Origin: a virus
Lineage: Duplodnaviria > Caudoviricetes
Length of the DNA: 41,338 bases
Direction: 5' to 3' (one strand)
Virus record (IMG/VR): IMGVR_UViG_3300008266_007976
Location: 1-41,338 of that record
Positions within the stretch are counted from its first letter, which is position 1; each line of letters begins with the position of its first letter. The translations under genes were made by a program, and so were the position numbers. Under the pieces are notes generated by a model. It worked only from the letters and a program-made list of their open reading frames with translations. It made no database searches and was not told where the DNA came from. Positions 35,922-41,338 of the stretch are shown one piece after another.

Positions 35922-36091
35922 TCCGCACCTCCCTTCCATCCATGCGGGCGCGTCTGGCGATGCTGTTTACGCCGTTTCCGTTGGTTGGGCGCAGGATGCC
36001 ACGGGATTCCGTGGGCGCTCGGGTGGTAGGGCATGTGGTAACTGCCCTCCATGGCTGTGTAGGCCAGTATCGTAATTACATGCTGGTTCAT
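35918..36091 (-). CDS. Hypothetical basic protein (57 aa)
   Basis: MNQHVIT...KGGAE; SD plus ATGA junction. Confidence 0.65.
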   Translation of the reverse strand: MNQHVITILAYTAMEGSYHMPYHPSAHGIPWHPAPNQRKRRKQHRQTRPHGWKGGAE

Positions 36092-36348
36092 TCGGCACCT
36101 CCTTCCGACCATGATGGAGGCACCGCCGGAAACCACTGCGATCCATCCATGATGCCAATGCCCGTATTTACTTTGTCGGCACGGATCCAGCATGCGGCTT
36201 GGATTGTGAGTATTTCATCCGCATAATCCGGCTCTGGATCCCATGGTTGCAAAACCACCTCAAAACATTTCCAGTGTACGGCTTTCCATTTTGTAGTCTG
36301 CCGCACCCACCACCACCCAATGTCATCGGGTCTTAGTTTTGGGCTCAT
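36088..36348 (-). CDS. Hypothetical Trp-rich protein (86 aa)
   Basis: GWWWVR motif; ends in EGGAE; SD plus ATGA junction. Confidence 0.7.
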   Translation of the reverse strand: MSPKLRPDDIGWWWVRQTTKWKAVHWKCFEVVLQPWDPEPDYADEILTIQAACWIRADKVNTGIGIMDGSQWFPAVPPSWSEGGAE

Positions 36349-36863
36349 TCAGCACCTCCTTCATCGGTAAGTTCCTCGTCGTTGAACATGGTCAACTGCC
36401 TGTCTTCTTCCGGGATCCGTTCGTGGCGAATCGCTTCCCATGTGTCGGTCCTGACCAGCGTGCGGCGGTCGGGGTCCACGATCATGCTGCCGCTCTCGTC
36501 GGTCCCGGCGGTTTCCCAGATCCAGACGCACTCCACCGCCCGCGTGTCGGCGCCCCGGTCGATCAGGATGCGGCTGCGGTTGATGGCGGACTGCGTTTCC
36601 TCAAGGCGGGCCTTGAACTGGTCGCTCGCTGCCTTGGCTTCGCTTCGGATCTGGTCCGCGAGGCTTAGGTTGTCCGTGAGTTTGTGGGCCTCTTCGATCA
36701 TCTCGGATTCCGTGAGCGGCACAGAAAGGCCGCAGACTTCCTTCCGCTCCGGCCAGTCGGCCTGACGGCTGATGATGTCCGGGATGAACGGCAGAGCATT
36801 GGGCGGCTGGGCCGCGGGTTCGGTTGGTTCCATTGGTGGTGGTGTTTTTGGTTTCGGTGGCAT
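36345..36863 (-). CDS. Hypothetical phage protein (172 aa)
   Basis: VPLTESE helix/coiled coil, then VECVW...LVRTDT...RQLTMF; ends in EGGAE. Confidence 0.75.
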   Translation of the reverse strand: MPPKPKTPPPMEPTEPAAQPPNALPFIPDIISRQADWPERKEVCGLSVPLTESEMIEEAHKLTDNLSLADQIRSEAKAASDQFKARLEETQSAINRSRILIDRGADTRAVECVWIWETAGTDESGSMIVDPDRRTLVRTDTWEAIRHERIPEEDRQLTMFNDEELTDEGGAE

Positions 36864-36865
36864 AA

Positions 36866-37864
36866 TCAGAAGATGGGTGGGAGGTTGATATGGATGGCGC
36901 CCGCGTCGTCTTCGGTGATGGGCCAGAGTTGGCGCAGGATTTCCGGGGTAAGCGGGCGGCCGGCTGCCTGCTCGGCTGCGGTTTCGCGGGCGCTGCGCAA
37001 AAACATGTCGAGGCGCGTGATACCCTCCTCGCCGGGGTCCAGCCCGAGAATCCGGCGGGCCTTCGCCAGTGGCATGTCCGGGTGATAGTGCGCGGCGTCG
37101 GTCGGCGTGTTCTCCACCTCGAAGGCGCGGGCATGGAACGGCGCGGTTGTGCTGACCACCACAAAGACGAACCGGGCGGGCCGGAATCCGGTGGCCAGTT
37201 CGTGGTGGTGGAGATACCAGGCGGCCTGTATCCAGTAGCCACGTTCCCAGCATTCGGAAATCCACTGCTTCACGCCACGCTGGCCAGCGACGTTGTGCCG
37301 GGTCGTCTTCACGTCGATGACGGCAGAGTGGTCGATGGCTATGCGGTCGGTGCGCCATTTGCGCCAGAAACCGTTCGACCGGATGACTCCGCTGGCTTCG
37401 TTGAGGGCCGGGATCGTCAACCAGTGCTGCGCTTCGGCGTGACCACGAATGGCGCGGAGGAGTGCGGCAGCCTTGGCAATGTGGTCGGGGGTTACCAATA
37501 GCTTGCCGGGGTTGGCGTCTCGCGTGGCGCGGGCGGCTTTGGTTCCCAGTCCATCGGTCGGACTGGCCACCATCCATTCGAGGTGGTTGGCCGGGTCCAA
37601 TTTGTGCGGTTCGAGTGCGGCCCAATGGGCAAGTCGGCCCATCGTGAAGCTTTCGGCGCGGCTTGGAGAATCGTACACGTCCACCTCGGGAGTGGTGAGT
37701 TGGTCGAGCATGTGGCCGGGTGTGGCCGGCTTGAGCGTCGAGGCGCTGACGGCGGGGAGTGCGTGGTACTGCTCTTCCGGGATCTCGTAGTAGTTCCGCA
37801 GGCGGGCCGGGCTGAACGCGGCCAGTCGGCTGGTCGGGTCGAAGTATGGCTGGAAGTCTTTCAT
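36866..37864 (-). CDS. RecE/ExoVIII-like PD-(D/E)XK exonuclease, DUF3799-like (332 aa)
   Basis: YHALPAVSASTLK, GRLAHWAALEP, RTDRI, IDVKTT and YWIQAAWY motifs. Confidence 0.88.
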   Translation of the reverse strand: MKDFQPYFDPTSRLAAFSPARLRNYYEIPEEQYHALPAVSASTLKPATPGHMLDQLTTPEVDVYDSPSRAESFTMGRLAHWAALEPHKLDPANHLEWMVASPTDGLGTKAARATRDANPGKLLVTPDHIAKAAALLRAIRGHAEAQHWLTIPALNEASGVIRSNGFWRKWRTDRIAIDHSAVIDVKTTRHNVAGQRGVKQWISECWERGYWIQAAWYLHHHELATGFRPARFVFVVVSTTAPFHARAFEVENTPTDAAHYHPDMPLAKARRILGLDPGEEGITRLDMFLRSARETAAEQAAGRPLTPEILRQLWPITEDDAGAIHINLPPIF

Positions 37865-38607
37865 GACTTGGATGCGGCGAAGATTGCGCGTGCGGCGGCG
37901 CGAAGTTCGTCCGGACTGCACTGGTCGATGCCATCCGGCCAAGTTCCGCCGGCTTCCTCGGTCCACTGTGCCCAGGAGGATCCGGAGTTTTCCAGCCTGC
38001 CCACGATCCAGTCGGCAACGTAGGCCAGCAAGCCAGCGTGGTCCGGGTTGGATTTCCAGAGGGCCAGACGGGCGCGGTGGTCGATGTCCCCGAGCGTGGC
38101 GGAACCGTCCGGCGTGGGCGCGTCAGCCCATGCGCCGTCCATCAATGCCGGCCAGTTGTCCGGATTGCTGGAAACCGTCGCGCCGGCTGCGCGGCCTACC
38201 TGACTGGCGGCGCGGCGGGCGTCGTCGTCGTCCCCGGTGGCCACGCCGAAGGCTGCGCACAGGGCGTACCGCTGGGCGTAGGTGGTGGCGGACCCAAACC
38301 GCTGGGCGAAATTGACTCCGCGGTTTCCTTCAGGCATCGGGTATTCCCCCGCCCATTCCTCAACCTCACCGGATGCGGCATGGACAATGCGAACCGTCAT
38401 GCCCTGCACGATCTGCGTGCCGACTTCCCGGATTGCTCCGTGACGGAATGAGACTGCCAGACCGTGGTCGGTCAGGTGCGGCCGCAGCAGTTCCCAGATG
38501 TCGGCCAGCGTGGCGTATTTGGCATGCAGCGAATCGTTTTTCCGGTACTTGACGCAGACCAGCCCGGCGGACTGCATTGCGTGGATTGCTTTGGCGATGT
38601 GGCTCAT
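37861..38607 (-). CDS. ERF-family single-strand annealing protein (248 aa)
   Basis: KYATLADI and AQRFGSATTYAQRYALCAAFGVATGDDDD signature. Confidence 0.92.
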   Translation of the reverse strand: MSHIAKAIHAMQSAGLVCVKYRKNDSLHAKYATLADIWELLRPHLTDHGLAVSFRHGAIREVGTQIVQGMTVRIVHAASGEVEEWAGEYPMPEGNRGVNFAQRFGSATTYAQRYALCAAFGVATGDDDDARRAASQVGRAAGATVSSNPDNWPALMDGAWADAPTPDGSATLGDIDHRARLALWKSNPDHAGLLAYVADWIVGRLENSGSSWAQWTEEAGGTWPDGIDQCSPDELRAAARAIFAASKS

Positions 38608-38810
38608 TTCGTGGTTCCTTCGAGAATTGTTAAGCCTCGCCATCCGGATTTTATGACTTCGCGGTCTATCCCCTCGGCTCTATGTGTGCATTTCACGCAC
38701 CAGTCCGTTTTTGCCGGATTGACGGCAGAGGCAAGTTTGAGGTATCCCGGAGCGCAGTAACCACAAATATGCCGGACAAGAGGGCGGGTGGTTTTTTCGA
38801 TGTGGCTCAT
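38604..38810 (-). CDS. Small Zn-finger protein (68 aa)
   Basis: CGYC...CVKC; ATGA-coupled. Confidence 0.65.
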   Translation of the reverse strand: MSHIEKTTRPLVRHICGYCAPGYLKLASAVNPAKTDWCVKCTHRAEGIDREVIKSGWRGLTILEGTTK

Positions 38811-38977
38811 GGCAGTGCGGAGAGAATGAGTTCAGCGGTCTGCCAGATTCCGGCCAGTCCCAGCCAGAGAAAACAGAGCGCGAGCATGAGGCAGCCAAAC
38901 CGCTCCAAGATGGTGCGGGGCCACGCGAGGTCCTGCGTGTCGAGGGTGTCGAAGGTGTCGAGTTCTTTGGGGTCCAT
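38807..38977 (-). CDS. Small membrane protein (56 aa)
   Basis: MDPKELDTF... with a C-terminal hydrophobic helix. Confidence 0.55.
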   Translation of the reverse strand: MDPKELDTFDTLDTQDLAWPRTILERFGCLMLALCFLWLGLAGIWQTAELILSALP

Positions 38978-38996
38978 ATGGCGACAGGGTGAGGGC

Positions 38997-40055
38997 TCAG
39001 AGTTCGGCGGCAATCTCGTCGTAATACGCAAGCGCGGCAACGGCTGCGGCGGCGTAGTCCCCGGAGAGGTCCGGCATGACATCCCGGAGCGCGGCGGCTA
39101 GTCCGCGGGCGGCGTCTGGCAGTTTGCCGAGTGCGTTCTGGTGCGCGGCGAGGCGTTCGGCCATGGCCTTGGATTTCTTGAGTAGCTCTTCCTCAGCGGC
39201 TTTGCGCTCCGCTTCACGCTCCGCTTCGATGCGTCGGCGTTCGGCGGCGGCTTCGGCATCGCGTTTGCGCTGCTCTTCGGCTGCGGCTTTGCGCTCCGCT
39301 TCCGCCTTGGTGCGTTCCTCGGCCAGTTTCTCCTCGGCGGCGCGGCGCTCGGCGTCGGCCTTGGCCTTGGCTGCCCGGGCTTCCTCAAGTTCCGCCTGGC
39401 GTTTGCGCTCGGCTTCCTCTGCTTCTTTGCGCTTCCGCTCGGCTTCGGCTGCTGCCTCGGCGGCCTTCCGCTTCTGCTCACTGTCCCATGCAATGCGCAG
39501 TTCCTTCTGGGTTCCCAGCACCTCCACAAAGCCGGCTTCGTCGTCCGGCCATGGCGGCAGCGGAAGTCCGGGGATGGCATACGGCGCAATTGCGGCCTGC
39601 CGTTCTGCGAGGCGGGCGGCGGCGGCCTGCTCTTCCCGGCGCTTCAGTTCGTTCTCGACTCCGGCGAGGTGGTCTTCGATGCGTTCACACCGGGACCGGA
39701 AGTCTGCGCGGGCCTTGTCGAGTTTGCGCCCGATCTCCAGCACGCCGGCTTTGAGGTCTGCGTGCAGCTTGTCCGCTTCGACTCGCGACGGGCGGAAGAT
39801 GTCGAGCCGGAGGCGGCGGGCTTGGGCAGCCTTGGCCTTGATGATCTCCGGACTGTCGTCGTCACTGATCTTGATGCTCATAGCCTGCGCTTCGGCTCCA
39901 TCGATGCGGGCGATGAGCGGCGCGAACCGTTCAGCCCCGTCGGCGCGGGGCATGAGTTCCAGAGAGACTGGCATCGGGCCAGTGAGAACCTCAGGGGTTT
40001 CCTGAGAAACGAGGGCGACTTCGACGGGGGCGGTTGGGAATAGCGGGGAGTTCAT
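38997..40055 (-). CDS. Coiled-coil protein of the recombination module (352 aa)
   Basis: ARRLRLDIFRPSRVEADKLHADLK...GRKLD followed by an E/A/R/K-rich coiled coil; upstream of ERF/RecE. Confidence 0.75.
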   Translation of the reverse strand: MNSPLFPTAPVEVALVSQETPEVLTGPMPVSLELMPRADGAERFAPLIARIDGAEAQAMSIKISDDDSPEIIKAKAAQARRLRLDIFRPSRVEADKLHADLKAGVLEIGRKLDKARADFRSRCERIEDHLAGVENELKRREEQAAAARLAERQAAIAPYAIPGLPLPPWPDDEAGFVEVLGTQKELRIAWDSEQKRKAAEAAAEAERKRKEAEEAERKRQAELEEARAAKAKADAERRAAEEKLAEERTKAEAERKAAAEEQRKRDAEAAAERRRIEAEREAERKAAEEELLKKSKAMAERLAAHQNALGKLPDAARGLAAALRDVMPDLSGDYAAAAVAALAYYDEIAAEL

Positions 40056-40075
40056 GGGATTGGATTTGGTTGGGG

Positions 40076-40462
40076 TTATTCTTCTTCGTCTGGCAGGAGT
40101 GTAGGCGGAACCCACGATGCGTTCGGGACTCTCCAGACGGAAACGTCCTCGCCCTTTCCTTCGCGGACGAGGGCGTGGGTGATGTTTCCGCGTTCCATGT
40201 CTCTGATGATAGGCTTGTGCCACCATGCGTCCTTCGCCCCACAGCAACCCACCGGAACCATTCCACGGTCCTTGGCGTCCTGCTTGCTCAGGATCTCCGT
40301 CACCCGGGTTGGGTTGCGCATCTCGGTGGCGCAGTCGATTTCTGCCAGCGCCTTCCGGCGTGCGCCCTCCATGTATTCGGCGAGCATCCGGTCGGCCAGT
40401 TTTGGCATGCGGACTGCCGCAATGGCGTCCCGGTAGTCGTTCAGCTTTTCGATGTCGTTCAT
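40076..40462 (-). CDS. Hypothetical protein (128 aa)
   Basis: MNDIEKLNDYRDAI...; ATGA-coupled to the upstream gene. Confidence 0.7.
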   Translation of the reverse strand: MNDIEKLNDYRDAIAAVRMPKLADRMLAEYMEGARRKALAEIDCATEMRNPTRVTEILSKQDAKDRGMVPVGCCGAKDAWWHKPIIRDMERGNITHALVREGKGEDVSVWRVPNASWVPPTLLPDEEE

Positions 40463-40614
40463 GGGATTGTGAGGGCTGCGGTGAGAGCTTTGGTGCATTC
40501 GGCCAGCGTTGCCTCCCATCGGGAGAGCGCGGCGGCGTCGTTTTCCGCTTCGGCTGCGGCCACGCGGGCGGCAGCAATGCGGAAGCGGTATCGGGCGATT
40601 GTGAGTTCTGGCAT
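40459..40614 (-). CDS. Small Ala-rich helical protein (51 aa; absent from the ORF track)
   Basis: Hand translation MPELTIARYRFRIAAARVAAAEAENDAAALSRWEATLAECTKALTAALTIP*. Confidence 0.6.
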   Translation of the reverse strand: MPELTIARYRFRIAAARVAAAEAENDAAALSRWEATLAECTKALTAALTIP

Positions 40615-40632
40615 GTGATGCGGTGGTTTGGA

Positions 40633-40680
40633 TTAGGCGGTGGCGGCACGGTAGTCCGCGAGTTTGTCGATGTCGTTCAT
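40633..40680 (-). CDS. 15-aa mini-ORF or gene remnant
   Basis: MNDIDKLADYRAATA*; ATGA-coupled to the upstream gene and similar to the N-terminus of 40076-40462. Confidence 0.45.
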   Translation of the reverse strand: MNDIDKLADYRAATA

Positions 40681-40895
40681 ACTTGGTGTGTGGCGTAGTA
40701 GGTGAGGTAGTAGCTGATGGACATGCGTCGGGTTTCTTCGGCTTGCTCCAAGGCATAGCCGGCCATTCGGATGGCTTTTTTGTCGCGGGATGCTACTGCG
40801 GCGTCCCATTGGCGTCCCGCTTCTGCGAACTCGTCGATGGCGAGTCTGGCGGAGCGGCCTGCGGAGGTAGTGGTGTCGATGCAATCACGGTGCAT
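40677..40895 (-). CDS. Hypothetical early protein (72 aa)
   Basis: MHRDCIDTTT...; helical composition; first gene after a short intergenic gap. Confidence 0.6.
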   Translation of the reverse strand: MHRDCIDTTTSAGRSARLAIDEFAEAGRQWDAAVASRDKKAIRMAGYALEQAEETRRMSISYYLTYYATHQV

Positions 40896-40901
40896 GCGAC
40901 C

Positions 40902-40930
40902 ACCATGCCGGACGCCATCACGCCCGTCCA
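40902..40930 (-). promoter_or_regulatory. Possible early promoter driving a leaderless transcript
   Basis: TGGACG-17 nt-CATGGT-6 nt-ATG; weak match to consensus. Confidence 0.3.
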
Positions 40931-40959
40931 AACTTTTCTGCTACGCAAGTGCGTATGCG

Positions 40960-41256
40960 TCAAACCACCGCCGGAGCCTGCCCGCTGGGCGGATCATCCC
41001 GGTGGCGCTTCCGGGGAGAAAGCGGCCTGTCCCTGATGGCCACAAGCTCCCGGATGTCGATGCCGTCAACGTGCTGGGATAGGATCACCATGGCCTGCCA
41101 GAGTTTGGCTCGGTCTTCCTCGCAGTCCTCTAATTTCGAGGCCTGCTGCCGGAACTGTCTGGCAATCCAGATCCACAGTGTAGTGATGGCGCCAGTCAGG
41201 CCAGTCCAGACAAGGGCTGCGGGTAGGGTGCCGACAGATTCGGCCAGAGCGATCAT
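40960..41256 (-). CDS. Single-TM membrane protein, holin-like (98 aa)
   Basis: Hydrophobic LVWTGLTGAITTLWIWIA followed by a short coiled coil (KLEDCEEDRAKLW) and a charged tail. Confidence 0.55.
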   Translation of the reverse strand: MIALAESVGTLPAALVWTGLTGAITTLWIWIARQFRQQASKLEDCEEDRAKLWQAMVILSQHVDGIDIRELVAIRDRPLSPRKRHRDDPPSGQAPAVV

Positions 41257-41338
41257 TTCGAAGTCATGGGGCTGACTCGTTGAACCGCAAGAAAAATTGG
41301 TGCCTGAGGGGTGGGGATTGGAGGGGGAGGATAGATAG

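Noticed and set aside
36864-38018. N-terminal extension of the 557-aa ORF 36345-38018
   Set aside because: Arg/Pro-rich off-frame read-through overlapping the RecE-like gene; the real gene likely starts at 36863.
39190-39480. Repetitive sequence in the coiled-coil gene, TolA-like appearance
   Set aside because: It reflects low-complexity E/A/R/K codons, not a DNA repeat element or true TolA homology.
40056-40649. N-terminal extension of the 550-aa ORF 38997-40649
   Set aside because: It overlaps better-supported small genes in other frames; start placed at 40055.
1-41338. tRNA, rRNA, integrase/att sites, IS elements
   Set aside because: None recognised by eye; tRNAscan-SE and profile searches would be needed to exclude them formally.

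Overview
The window looks like an essentially complete ~41.3 kb, GC-rich, podovirus-type phage genome with all credible genes on the minus strand. In transcription order (right to left) it carries small early genes, a coiled-coil protein, an ERF recombinase and a RecE-like PD-(D/E)XK nuclease. These are followed by a chain of small accessory genes joined by a repeated SD+ATGA junction, an SF2 helicase, a RuvC-like resolvase, a TGT/DpdA-like protein, a DUF6378-like protein, a replication initiator and a DnaC-like loader. The packaging and head block is TerS, a Cys-His-Asp protein, TerL, portal, scaffold, a structured intergenic region with duplicated RNA-like units, major capsid and decoration protein. 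The tail block is an adaptor fused to a tail fibre, a fibre chaperone, nozzle, GNAT protein and three ejection proteins; the last is ~3000 aa and polyvalent, with ART-like and HhH/DUF7178-like modules and a nested overprinted ORF. The window ends with a lipoprotein, an L,D-transpeptidase-fold endolysin, a T7-gp17-type tail appendage carrying a metallophosphoesterase, a GT4 glycosyltransferase and a GTCACA repeat cluster. I see no integrase, DNA or RNA polymerase, tRNA or CRISPR array. All family calls come from motif recognition by eye, not database searches; several starts were moved to the ATG overlapping the upstream stop.
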